Assembly (NCBI GenBank): GCA_900770295.1 | Contig: CAAGJQ010000089.1 | Location: 31,668 to 95,667 of the forward strand | Origin: an uncultured Oscillibacter sp. | GTDB lineage: Bacteria; Bacillota; Clostridia; Oscillospirales; Oscillospiraceae | Direction of reading: 5' to 3' | DNA: 64,000 nt | Part shown: piece by piece, positions 46,759 to 57,474 of the stretch | Position numbering within the stretch: position 1 is the stretch's first letter | Layout of the letters: each line of letters begins with the position of its first letter | Position numbers and translations under genes: made by a program | Notes under the pieces: generated by a model | Told to the model about the DNA's origin: nothing | The model's input: only the letters and a program-made list of their open reading frames with translations | Database searches by the model: none

Positions 46759-47499
46759 ATGGGCGAAATGATTTTACAGATCAACCATCTGTCCAAGTCC
46801 TTCGGCAGTCACGAGGTCCTGCGGGACATCGACTTCACCGTGGAAAAGGGCGATGTGACCTCCATTATCGGCGCCTCCGGCTCCGGCAAGTCCACCCTGC
46901 TGCGGTGCGTCAACCTGCTGGAGACCCCCACCAGCGGTGAGATCCTCTACCACGGCAAAAACGTGGCGGGCCGGGGCGCCAATGCCGCCGCCTACCGCTC
47001 TCATGTGGGCATGGTGTTCCAGTCCTTCAATCTGTTCAACAATATGACGGTGCTGGAAAACTGCATGGTGGGCCAGATCAAGGTGTTGAAAAAAAATAAG
47101 GAAGAGGCCCGCGCCCAGGCGATGAACTATCTGGAAAAGGTGGGAATGGCCCCCTACATCAACGCCAAGCCCCGGCAGATCTCCGGTGGCCAGAAGCAGC
47201 GGGTGGCCATCGCCCGGGCTCTGGCTATGGGGCCGGAGGTTCTTCTGTTTGACGAGCCAACCTCCGCCCTGGACCCCGAGATGGTGGGCGAGGTGCTGAA
47301 CGTCATGCGGGGCCTTGCCCGGGAGGGCATGACCATGCTGGTGGTCACCCACGAGATGGCGTTTGCCCGGGACGTCAGCAGCCAGGTGGTCTACATGAAC
47401 CAGGGCGTCATCTGCGAAGCCGGTTCCCCCGCCGAGGTGTTCGGCAATCCCCAGAAGCAGGAGACAAAGGACTTCCTGGCCCGGTTCCGCAACAACTGA
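46759..47499 (+). CDS. amino-acid ABC ATPase (GlnQ family)
   Basis: [36 protein letters not shown]. Confidence 0.94.
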   Translation: MGEMILQINHLSKSFGSHEVLRDIDFTVEKGDVTSIIGASGSGKSTLLRCVNLLETPTSGEILYHGKNVAGRGANAAAYRSHVGMVFQSFNLFNNMTVLENCMVGQIKVLKKNKEEARAQAMNYLEKVGMAPYINAKPRQISGGQKQRVAIARALAMGPEVLLFDEPTSALDPEMVGEVLNVMRGLAREGMTMLVVTHEMAFARDVSSQVVYMNQGVICEAGSPAEVFGNPQKQETKDFLARFRNN

Positions 47500-47502
47500 T
47501 AC

Positions 47503-47538
47503 AACGGTCCCGCATCCTGTGGATGCGGGACCGTTTTT
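47503..47538 (+). terminator. terminator between convergent genes
   Basis: AACGGTCCCGCATCC/GGATGCGGGACCGTT plus T tract. Confidence 0.8.
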
Positions 47539-48427
47539 ATTCGAGGATGGGAAAAATTCCCTGCCAGCCGCTGCCGGAGGCCAATACCGCCTCTGCCCGG
47601 GGCAGCAGACTCCGGGAGAACTCCGTCAGGCAGGCGGCAGCCTCCGGCCCCAGCTCCAATCGCCCCGCCAGACGCTTCCCCGCCTGTTCCAAAAGGTGGT
47701 GCCTCCTGTCCCGGCCCGGAGGCCCCAGCAGCTTTGTCAGCTGTTCCCAGCCCGATGCTGTCTGCCCCAAGCTGCTGACGTCTCCCTCCGTGAGAGTCAG
47801 GCCCAGTGCCGCGGCAGCCACAGGCTCATACAGGTTCACCAGCAGCTCCCGGTGCCCTCCCGGACAGACCGACATCAAAACCCGGCGGACTGCCGCAGGG
47901 TCAAACCGGCGGAGGAAAGCGTCCTCCGCCGCCAGCTGCTCCAGATACGCCCGCACATACAGTACGCCTCCCAGCTTCTCGTCCGCTGGCCGGCACAGCT
48001 GATAGTCAATGTCACAGGGAACCTCCGCGGCGAAAAAGCGGGGATCATACACCCGGAAAAAGTCCCCGATGCTCTGTAAAGTCTCATCTAGGGAACGGCT
48101 CTCCTCCCGCAGCGCGCAGCGGCAGGCCCGTTGGTACAGCAGCCGGGTCCGGCCCACCTGCCGCCGGACCGTCCCCTCCGCCGCCCGCAGCAGCTCCGTG
48201 GAGTCCTCCTCCAACAGTGCCCTAGGCGGAAGTCCCTGCTCCCGGAAGTGCAGCTCCAGTGACAGGCGGACGGACGCCAGCAGTGCCTGGGCGGTCTCCT
48301 TGCGGACCGAGGTGCTCTCCCCCATGGTGTACCGCTCCGTCTGCCAGGCCAGCAGCCGCCACAGTCTGGTCTGGTACTCCAGCGCCTCTGCCGCCGTCAG
48401 GGGCGCGGTCATTTTTCCGGATTCCAT
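47537..48427 (-). CDS. hypothetical protein (DUF6179-like)
   Basis: YTMGESTSVRKETAQ, FFRVYDPRFFA, IDYQL motifs. Confidence 0.7.
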   Translation of the reverse strand: MESGKMTAPLTAAEALEYQTRLWRLLAWQTERYTMGESTSVRKETAQALLASVRLSLELHFREQGLPPRALLEEDSTELLRAAEGTVRRQVGRTRLLYQRACRCALREESRSLDETLQSIGDFFRVYDPRFFAAEVPCDIDYQLCRPADEKLGGVLYVRAYLEQLAAEDAFLRRFDPAAVRRVLMSVCPGGHRELLVNLYEPVAAAALGLTLTEGDVSSLGQTASGWEQLTKLLGPPGRDRRHHLLEQAGKRLAGRLELGPEAAACLTEFSRSLLPRAEAVLASGSGWQGIFPILE

Positions 48428-48846
48428 GTCTCATCCTCCATTCTCTCCCGCAGTTCCCCCAGGGAAAAGCCCTCCAGATACGCCATGGCCCCCCGGGCGC
48501 CGTCGAAGCCCCTGCGGAGAAAGGCCAGCAGCGCCCGGTCCGGCACCAGGTCTCCCGCCTCTCCCTTCCAACGGTAAAAGATCTCCTGCGCCGCCAGCAG
48601 AGTCTCTGCCCAGTCGGATTGCTGCAGATAGGGCGAATCGCACAGGGTGTCTATCAGGGCCGGTAGGATGCCGTTCCCAAACTCTACCCGGCCGGTATCC
48701 GCCAGAGCCCGCTCCCGTCCTTCCGCCAAAGCCGCCATCTCCTCTTCCGTCAGTGTGAGGCCGAACGCCGCCGTCCTGCTGTTGCACTCCTCCAGGGTCC
48801 GTACTGTCTCCGCCTGACGGAACAGATCTGTCCGCTGTATCTCCAT
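48409..48846 (-). CDS. hypothetical protein (DUF6323-like)
   Basis: CN....FGLTLT, GRVEFG, CDSPY motifs; GGAGG RBS. Confidence 0.7.
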   Translation of the reverse strand: MEIQRTDLFRQAETVRTLEECNSRTAAFGLTLTEEEMAALAEGRERALADTGRVEFGNGILPALIDTLCDSPYLQQSDWAETLLAAQEIFYRWKGEAGDLVPDRALLAFLRRGFDGARGAMAYLEGFSLGELRERMEDETWNPEK

Positions 48847-49110
48847 CCGATCACCTCCGCGCCCAGCTTACCGCGCTGTCCGCAGCAGGACAAGACTTGA
48901 AATTTTGCCCGTTTTGTGGTAATGTAAAATAAAAAAGTAAAAAAAATATGGAGGAGGAACCCGCTTCAGGGGGTTCTCCTCCATGTTTTTTCATATGGTC
49001 TCCTCCGTCTGATCGTAAATGCCAATTGATAAAACTGCTCCAACCCGATTCCGCTGGGATAAAGGCTGCGATCAACAGAGCAAGATACGCAGGAGACCCG
49101 GCCGTTCCTC

Positions 49111-50247
49111 TCAGGGGCCTCCCGCCGCAAGCTCCGCAGCCACGTTCTCCATACTGCCGCCCAGATCCGCCGGAAAATCTACCCACAGGGCATATACGAT
49201 GGTCCCCTTCCGGATCAGGAGCATCTGCCTGTCTCCACCGGCCAGCAGGATCGCCTCGTCAAACGCCTTATTTTCCACAACCGTCTCCACGGCACCAGGC
49301 CGATTCTCCAGAAATTCCGCCTTGCGCTCCCGATACAGCGCCTTTGCCAGCAGTTCGAATCGCAGGCGGTCGGCGGCGTTGCGGACATGCTCTCCGCTTT
49401 CGCCCCGAAACTGGCTGCCGGTGCGGGCAGCGGCCAGAGCTGTGCTCTGCCATGCGTAGTTGTCTGTTTCAAATTCCCAGTATGCCTTGTCCGTCCCCTC
49501 CACCAGGGATGTCGGCGCGGTATAGGGCAGGCCGGCGGTATCCGGCTCCGATCCCCGGAAAGCGGAGACGGCATTGCCAAAGAGCATCAGCACCCAGGTC
49601 AGCAAAAACAGCAGCGTAATGGCCCGCTGCCACCGGCGGTCCCGCCGCCAGTTTCCGGCCGGCGGCAGCACTCCCGCCGCCATCTGCCGCCGCACCCGCC
49701 GCAGGTGCCACAGCCGCCGGACCATCACCACCGCCAGAAAAATCAGGAACAGCAGCCAGACCAGCCAGTACAGCTCCAGGTTCAGCAGGCATTCCAGTGC
49801 CGGCTTTCCGGAGAGCAGCACCGGCAGCGCCAGCACGCCCAGAATCAGCGCTAACCAGAACCAGCCCGTCAGCCAGCTGCGGCGCAGAGGCTTCTCCCAG
49901 GCCCAGATCCAGGCCACGGGATCGGTGTCCAGCTCCGAGGCCGTTGGATCGCCGCAGTAATAGACCTCAAAATCAGAGTTCTCATCTCCTCCGATCACAG
50001 CGGTGCAGTCCCAGCCCATCTCCCGATAGGCCTCTCCCCGCTCCCGGCGGGCTTCCGGTGTCTCAGGCCGCTGGGGCTGGAGGCGCACCCGGTATGTCCC
50101 CGGCTTCATGGCCCTGAAGGTCGCCAGCCAGCAGCCGCAGCCCGTCAGCCGCCAGCCCCTGCCGGCCTCGTCCTCCAGCCACTGCTGGATAGCTCCGGGA
50201 TTCCACAGCTCCCACGGGCGCAGCGTGCGTTTCTTCTGTTTTCTCAT
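49111..50247 (-). CDS. DUF2812-like membrane protein
   Basis: WLEDEAGRGW, ..GW.., ELDTD, TM segments; follows a PadR gene. Confidence 0.75.
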   Translation of the reverse strand: MRKQKKRTLRPWELWNPGAIQQWLEDEAGRGWRLTGCGCWLATFRAMKPGTYRVRLQPQRPETPEARRERGEAYREMGWDCTAVIGGDENSDFEVYYCGDPTASELDTDPVAWIWAWEKPLRRSWLTGWFWLALILGVLALPVLLSGKPALECLLNLELYWLVWLLFLIFLAVVMVRRLWHLRRVRRQMAAGVLPPAGNWRRDRRWQRAITLLFLLTWVLMLFGNAVSAFRGSEPDTAGLPYTAPTSLVEGTDKAYWEFETDNYAWQSTALAAARTGSQFRGESGEHVRNAADRLRFELLAKALYRERKAEFLENRPGAVETVVENKAFDEAILLAGGDRQMLLIRKGTIVYALWVDFPADLGGSMENVAAELAAGGP

Positions 50248-50561
50248 AGGCGTTCCTCCTCCCGGTCACCGTCGGCGACGCAGAGCTTCAGACGGCTCAG
50301 CTCCTGCCGGAACAGCGCCCGGCCCCGTTCCGTGATGGCGTAGGTCCGCTTCCGGCCCTCCACCGCCGTCTCCCGGATCAGACCCTCCTCCACAAATTTT
50401 GCCAGAATGGTATACAGCGTTCCCGGTCCCAGGGACACCCGGCCCGCCGTGATGTCGTCCACAAACTGCACGATCTCCGTGCCGCACCGCTCCTGCCGCA
50501 GCAGGGACAGCAGTACGTAGAACATGCTCTCAGTCAGGACTTTCAACGGCTCCTTCGACAT
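50244..50561 (-). CDS. PadR-family regulator
   Basis: LTESMFYVLLSL, LGPGTLY, RKRTYAITERG. Confidence 0.9.
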   Translation of the reverse strand: MSKEPLKVLTESMFYVLLSLLRQERCGTEIVQFVDDITAGRVSLGPGTLYTILAKFVEEGLIRETAVEGRKRTYAITERGRALFRQELSRLKLCVADGDREEERL

Positions 50562-50574
50562 ACGCCTCTCCCCC

Positions 50575-50632
50575 AATATCGAAACACGATATTTCTTGTT
50601 TTCAGTATAATATCGTCTTTCGATATTGTCAA
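50575..50632 (-). promoter_or_regulatory. padR promoter with tandem palindromic operators
   Basis: TTGACA-17-TATACT; AATATCG-N5-CGATATT at 50575-50593 and 50609-50627. Confidence 0.8.
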
Positions 50633-50770
50633 CAGCCAGGTGTACCATGCTCTGGATTTTTTCCAATTGCCCCAATGTCCGGAAGACCTGCCAGGTTTTG
50701 AGGGTTGCTTCCTGCCCCTGGTGTTCGGTATCATTTTTTGCGGAAAACACCACAGAAAGGAAGAACCCGA

Positions 50771-51553
50771 ATGAAAAAGGAAATCCTGTGCGGCCTGCTG
50801 GCCGCCGCTTCTCTCGCTCTCCCTGCCCGGGCGGCCCGGACCGTGCCGGTGCAGGTGGACGGGGACCGGCTGGCCGGGACCTCCTATCTGGAGCAGGGCG
50901 TTACATATGTGCCCCTTCGATATCTGCTGGACGCCTTCGGCGGGTGGGAGGTCTCCTGGGACTCCGATAGTCAGGAGGCGGTGGCCGTCTCCGGCAGGAC
51001 CCGTGTTGCGGCGGACCCGGCGGAAAACACCGTCACCGTGGACGGCACCACCTATGCCGGTCAGGTCACGGTCCGGAACGGCCGGACCTATGTCCCCCTG
51101 CGGCTGGTGACGGAGGCCCTGGGCGGCAGCGCCCAGTGGGACCCCTATCTCAGCGGCGCCGCCGTCACCTCCGCCGGGGCGGACTACGACGCGGCAGACC
51201 TGTACTGGCTCTCCCGCATCATCAGCGCTGAAAGCGGCGGCGAGTCCATGACAGGCCAGCTGGCGGTGGGCAATGTGGTTTTGAACCGGGTGGCCAGCCG
51301 GGAGTTCCCCAACACCATTCCCGGCGTCATCTTCGACAGGGTGGACGGTGTGCAGTTCGAGCCTGTGGCAAACGGCACCGTTTACAACACGCCCACAGCC
51401 CGGTCCGTGGAAGCGGCCAAACGGGTCCTGGACGGGGAGCGGGTCATCGGCAGCGCCCTGTACTTTTACGCTCCCGCCCTCTCCCAGGGCGTTTGGATCA
51501 ACGCCAACCGGACGTACTACACCACCATTGGGTGCCACCGCTTCTACCTGTAA
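50771..51553 (+). CDS. cell-wall hydrolase (SleB/Hydrolase_2) with an N-terminal stalk/copper-amine-oxidase-N domain
   Basis: Signal peptide, two TYVPLR motifs, LSRIISAES.GE..AVGNVVLNRV, QFEPV, IGCHRFY. Confidence 0.88.
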   Translation: MKKEILCGLLAAASLALPARAARTVPVQVDGDRLAGTSYLEQGVTYVPLRYLLDAFGGWEVSWDSDSQEAVAVSGRTRVAADPAENTVTVDGTTYAGQVTVRNGRTYVPLRLVTEALGGSAQWDPYLSGAAVTSAGADYDAADLYWLSRIISAESGGESMTGQLAVGNVVLNRVASREFPNTIPGVIFDRVDGVQFEPVANGTVYNTPTARSVEAAKRVLDGERVIGSALYFYAPALSQGVWINANRTYYTTIGCHRFYL

Positions 51554-51613
51554 TTGACTTTTCACAGGCCTGGGACTAAAATAGACTCATCAATCTGTAA
51601 AGGAGCATGTCTC

Positions 51614-52408
51614 ATGCTGTTCTCAGGTCATCCCAGGACCCACTATGAAAAAGCCCCGGCCCACGAGGTCATCTGCCAACTGCGGTTCCCCACCATCCTC
51701 ACCATCAACAATGTGGAGCCCGCCGATTTTCAGGAGGCCATCCGGGAAGAATTCCCTCAGTACGCCCGCCGGCAGGATGTGTCCGCCCCCAAGGTCACCG
51801 GTCTCGGCGGCCCCAACCCCAAGGTGGAACAGCAGCCTCCCGTCACCAACTATAACTTCCTGTCCGCCGACGGCCAGTGGAAGCTGAATCTGACCAAGGA
51901 CTTCATCGCGCTGTCCACTCTCCACTACTCCCGGTGGGAGGAGTTTGCCCGCCAGCTGGACAAGCCCCTGGCCTCCTTTATCAAGCTGTACAAGCCCGCC
52001 TATTTCCAGCGGGTGGGCCTGCGGTACGTCAATATCTTCTCCCGTCAGCGGCTGGGGATCGAGGGCGAAAAGTGGGCGGACCTGATTGCTCCCGCCTACA
52101 CCGGTCCTCTCTGTGAGCCGGACGTGATTGAGGAGAACTTCCTCAACTGCGCCAGCGATCTGCTCTTCCGGCTGGACTCCAGCTGCCAGGCCAAGATCCA
52201 CGCCGGCCCCGGCCGTGTCAAGACCTCTGCCCCCAACGTTCCCCAGGACCCGGAGGTAAAGTTCATCTTTGACATGGACCTCGCCATGGTGGGAAACACC
52301 CCCTGCACGCTGTCCGCCGCCGCGCTGGAGACCCTTCACGGCCACGCCACCCGCATCTTTGAGGGCGCTGTCACCGACCGGCTGCGGACCGCCATGGAAC
52401 CGGTCTGA
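51614..52408 (+). CDS. TIGR04255-like protein
   Basis: YEKAP..EVICQLRFP, YSRWEEF, RVGLRYVN, FDMD. Confidence 0.75.
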   Translation: MLFSGHPRTHYEKAPAHEVICQLRFPTILTINNVEPADFQEAIREEFPQYARRQDVSAPKVTGLGGPNPKVEQQPPVTNYNFLSADGQWKLNLTKDFIALSTLHYSRWEEFARQLDKPLASFIKLYKPAYFQRVGLRYVNIFSRQRLGIEGEKWADLIAPAYTGPLCEPDVIEENFLNCASDLLFRLDSSCQAKIHAGPGRVKTSAPNVPQDPEVKFIFDMDLAMVGNTPCTLSAAALETLHGHATRIFEGAVTDRLRTAMEPV

Positions 52409-52479
52409 GCTTTCTTCTGGTTGCAGACAAACTTTTACCCTGTTGTCCGTTTCCGGGCAGCAGGGTAATTTTTTTGTAA

Positions 52480-53964
<1,485 letters not shown>

Positions 53965-53993
53965 TTCCCTCGGACATTCCATTCAAATCGTCA

Positions 53994-54037
53994 AAAAGGG
54001 CGGACCGCAGAATTTTCATTCTGCGGTCCGCCCTTTT
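53994..54037. terminator. bidirectional terminator
   Basis: AAAAGGGCGGACCGCAGAAT/ATTCTGCGGTCCGCCCTTTT. Confidence 0.85.
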
Positions 54038-54048
54038 CATTTTGTTCT

Positions 54049-54882
54049 TTACCCGGCGATCTCGAATTCCACGGTGCCCATAGCGCCGATTGCCACGGTA
54101 TAGGGGGCGAACACCACCACGGGAGCCCCATCCCCGTTCAGATAGAACTGAGTGGTCTCGTCAACGGTGGTAAAGCCGCCCATGCTCTCATCAAAGTACA
54201 CGGAGGGATCTTCCGCCGCGGCCATCTGGGCCTTGATGGACTCATTGCAGATATCCACCCAGTCCGCGCCCAGCACATCCGCCAGGGTCAGCTCTTTGCC
54301 GTTGGCCAGATCCAGGTTGTAATAGACCTGCTCCTGATACGCGCCGGCGATGGAGACATAGCTGTCCACCACAAAGGAGACCGTGGTGTCCGTCTGGGAC
54401 TTGATCTCATAGGTGACGCTGACCTGATTGTCATGCCGCTCCCAGTCCTCCTGGGTCCCGCCGGTGGCAAAGAAGGCGTCCTTGTACTCCGCGATCAGCT
54501 GTTCGCCTTCCGCGATCTTCGCATCCACCCGCTCCTGGATCTCCGCGTCGATCTGAGCCGCGAAGTCCGAACCGGTGAGGCCGGGCTGCTCTACCTCCAC
54601 GGTGCGGTCCTCGTTCTCGTCCGTGAAGCTGCGGACCGTCAGCACCTGGAACAGTCCGCCCAGCACCGGCACGTCCGCCGCCGCGGCCGCCACGGTGGGC
54701 GAGAGATTCAGCACTCCCACGACCACCACGAAACAGGCGGCCACAGTGCCCAGCCGCCGCTTCCAAATCCGGCGGGCCCGGTTGGCCTTTCCCTGCCGGA
54801 TGCCGGCCTGGACCCGGTCATTCAGCTCTTCGGGAATGGGGATCTCCTCATATTCCATCTTTGCGTTTTCAAACTCTTTCAT
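54049..54882 (-). CDS. RsiV-like anti-sigma factor
   Basis: YEEIPIPEEL, TM + AAAAADVPVLG signal-like segment, YNLDL, FYLN..VVVFAPY.VA. Confidence 0.8.
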   Translation of the reverse strand: MKEFENAKMEYEEIPIPEELNDRVQAGIRQGKANRARRIWKRRLGTVAACFVVVVGVLNLSPTVAAAAADVPVLGGLFQVLTVRSFTDENEDRTVEVEQPGLTGSDFAAQIDAEIQERVDAKIAEGEQLIAEYKDAFFATGGTQEDWERHDNQVSVTYEIKSQTDTTVSFVVDSYVSIAGAYQEQVYYNLDLANGKELTLADVLGADWVDICNESIKAQMAAAEDPSVYFDESMGGFTTVDETTQFYLNGDGAPVVVFAPYTVAIGAMGTVEFEIAG

Positions 54883-55376
54883 GTCAGTTCGACTCCTTCC
54901 AGCGATACTCTCAGTTTTTTCAGGCCCGTGTACAGCCGCGTTTTCACCGTGCTCAGGCTCACCCCGGTGACGTCGCTGATCTCCTTCAAAGACAGGTCCT
55001 CGTAAAACCGCAGCTTCACGATGGTGCCGATCTCCGCAGGCAGCGCGTCCACCCGCTGTGCCAGCGTGCCGTCGGCGGGCAGGGGGTCTTCATAGCTGCC
55101 CGCGTCCAGCGCCTCCGGCGGCACAAAGGCGACCCGCTTCCGCTGCCGCAGCATGTCTGTACACACATTGACCAAAATGCGGTAAAACCAGGTGCGCACA
55201 GCGTCCGGCTCCTGCAGGCTATCCTGTTTTTCCAGTGCCCTGCAGACAGCGGTCTGCACCGCGTCCAGGGCCTCTTCCCTGTTCTTCAGATAGCTGTAAG
55301 CCAGACGGTAAAACCGCGCCTGCTCCTCCACAAGAAATGTTGTCAGGACTTCTTCCCGTATCTTTGCCACATCCAT
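54879..55376 (-). CDS. ECF sigma factor (SigV-like)
   Basis: FYRLAYSY, ALDAVQ, TWFYRILVN, TVKTRLY. Confidence 0.9.
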   Translation of the reverse strand: MDVAKIREEVLTTFLVEEQARFYRLAYSYLKNREEALDAVQTAVCRALEKQDSLQEPDAVRTWFYRILVNVCTDMLRQRKRVAFVPPEALDAGSYEDPLPADGTLAQRVDALPAEIGTIVKLRFYEDLSLKEISDVTGVSLSTVKTRLYTGLKKLRVSLEGVELT

Positions 55377-55404
55377 GGTCCTTTCTGTTGTATTCTGCTT
55401 GATA

Positions 55405-55431
55405 GACGGAGAGACCACCGGAAAAGTTTGC
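55405..55431 (-). promoter_or_regulatory. SigV-type autoregulatory promoter
   Basis: GCAAAC-17-CGTC on the minus strand. Confidence 0.7.
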
Positions 55432-55493
55432 GCTTTTCAAAAAAATTTTACCACATGTGAAAAGAGGCGGACCGGTCTTGGTCCGCCTCTCTT

Positions 55494-56735
55494 TTATTCA
55501 TACCGCAGCGCGTCGATGGGGTTCAGCTTGGCCGCCTTATTGGCGGGCAGATAGCCGAACAGTACACCAATGCCCACACTGACGCCGAAGCTGATGAGAA
55601 TAGCCCCCAGAGACGGCGTGGCGTTGAAGGTGATGCCGCTGGTGCCCAACTGCGCCACCAGCATCCCGCCCAGAACGGAGCCAATGCCCGTGGCCACCAG
55701 ACAGCCGAACAGGATGCCGATGATTCCACCCATGGCGGAGGTGGTGCCCGCCTCGATGATGAACTGCCGGCGGATGTCCCGGCGCCTGGCGCCCAGGGAC
55801 TTGCGGATGCCGATCTCCCTGGTCCGCTCCGTGACGGAGACCAGCATGATGTTCATGATGCCGATGCCGCCCACCAGAAGGCTGATGGCGGCGATGGCCA
55901 CCAGCACCAGCATGGCCACGCCCATCATGGCGTTGATCATGTTCACCTGGTCCAGCATGGTCTCGATGTAATAGGCGTCCTCGTCCTGATAAAAGGTCCA
56001 CAGCATGTTCTGGAGCAGCGCCTTGCCCTCGGCCACCGTGTCCCGGGACACCGCCATCACCTGATACAGCGTGACTGTTCGGCTGCCGGACATCTCCATG
56101 GCGTTTTCATAGGGGATGTACACCACGTCGTCGCCGGACCCCTCCCGCAGCTCCTCCAACTCCTGATCCATGACGCCCACCACGGTATAGGGGGCGCCGC
56201 CGATGGTCAGGGTCTTGCCCAGGGCGTCGCCCCGGAAGGCCTCCTGCTCCAGATAGGCGCCGATGACGCAGACGTTCTGCCTCCGGGACACATCCACGTA
56301 TTGGAGATACCGCCCTCTGGCCAGGGTGTCGCCGTCCAGGGTGGTGCCGGTGTCCGCGCGGTACATGGCCTCGCTGACGCCGTAGATTTTTGTCTTTTCA
56401 AACTCCAAGTTCCCCTGCCGGACGCCGGTGCCGCCGGAGACCCAGGGCGTCACGCCGCTGAACACATCCGGATGACTGTCAATCAGATCGTACATCTGCT
56501 GGGCGTCCAGGTTCATGGTCGTACCGTCGCCCCGTCCCCAGCTGTAGGCATAGATCTGGTTGATGCCCACCTTGTCCACCTGCTGCTCCACCATGCCGGT
56601 AAGGCCGTTGCCCAGAGAGATGATGATAATGACCGCCCCCACGCCGATGACGATGCCCAGCATGGTGAGAAAGGCCCGCATTTTGCTGGTCCGCAGGGAT
56701 TTCAGCGCCAGCTTGAAGGACTGGGACACATTCAT
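55494..56735 (-). CDS. MacB/FtsX-like ABC permease
   Basis: LTMLGIVIG, GGIGIMNIMLVSVTERTREIGIRK, NPIDALRYE. Confidence 0.93.
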   Translation of the reverse strand: MNVSQSFKLALKSLRTSKMRAFLTMLGIVIGVGAVIIIISLGNGLTGMVEQQVDKVGINQIYAYSWGRGDGTTMNLDAQQMYDLIDSHPDVFSGVTPWVSGGTGVRQGNLEFEKTKIYGVSEAMYRADTGTTLDGDTLARGRYLQYVDVSRRQNVCVIGAYLEQEAFRGDALGKTLTIGGAPYTVVGVMDQELEELREGSGDDVVYIPYENAMEMSGSRTVTLYQVMAVSRDTVAEGKALLQNMLWTFYQDEDAYYIETMLDQVNMINAMMGVAMLVLVAIAAISLLVGGIGIMNIMLVSVTERTREIGIRKSLGARRRDIRRQFIIEAGTTSAMGGIIGILFGCLVATGIGSVLGGMLVAQLGTSGITFNATPSLGAILISFGVSVGIGVLFGYLPANKAAKLNPIDALRYE

Positions 56736-57469
56736 GCCTCCGCCTCCTCTCCCGCTTCCTCCGGCTGGACCACGGCAAGGGGGTCCGCCGCGTCGCCGTC
56801 GTAGATGATCCGGCCGTCCTGGAGCCGGACAATGCGCTTCGCCCTTACGGCGATGGAGTTGTCGTGGGTGATGAGGACCACAGTGTCCCCCTCCCGGTTC
56901 AGCTTCTGGAGGAAGGCCAGCACCTCCCGGCCCGTCCGGGAGTCCAGGGCGCCGGTGGGCTCATCCGCCAGGATGACGGAGGGCTCTCCCGCCAGGGCCC
57001 GGGCAATGGACACCCGCTGCTGCTGGCCGCCGGAGAGCTGGCTGGGCAGATTCCTCTGTTTATCCGCCAGCCCCACCCGTTCCAACGAGCGGATGGCCCG
57101 CTCCCGCCGCTCCTGGCCGGGAACGCCGGCATAGAGCAGCGGCAGCTCCACGTTCTCCAGCACCGTCAGCTTGGGGATCAGGTTATACTGCTGGAAAATG
57201 AAGCCCAGCATTTTGTTCCGGATCTCCGCCTGCTGGTCATCATCCATGGTGGACACGTCCACGCCGCCCAGGCGGTAGGTGCCGGAGGTGGGCACGTCCA
57301 GACAGCCGATGATGTTCATGGCCGTGGATTTGCCGGAGCCGGACTGGCCCACGATGGCCACGAACTCCCCCCGGTCGATGGTCAGGCTGACGCCGTCCAG
57401 GGCATGGACGGCCTCGGCGCCCATGGGATAGATCTTGTAGACGTCCCTCAATTCAATCAGATGCTCCAC
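56732..57469 (-). CDS. MacB/LolD-like ABC ATPase
   Basis: [27 protein letters not shown]. Confidence 0.93.
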   Translation of the reverse strand: MEHLIELRDVYKIYPMGAEAVHALDGVSLTIDRGEFVAIVGQSGSGKSTAMNIIGCLDVPTSGTYRLGGVDVSTMDDDQQAEIRNKMLGFIFQQYNLIPKLTVLENVELPLLYAGVPGQERRERAIRSLERVGLADKQRNLPSQLSGGQQQRVSIARALAGEPSVILADEPTGALDSRTGREVLAFLQKLNREGDTVVLITHDNSIAVRAKRIVRLQDGRIIYDGDAADPLAVVQPEEAGEEAEA

Positions 57470-57474
57470 CGGGC

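Noticed and set aside
48851..49110. Small ORF MKKHGGEPPEAGSSSIFF
   Set aside because: It coincides with a terminator-like hairpin (about 48948-48985) and an AT-rich promoter region; probably non-coding.
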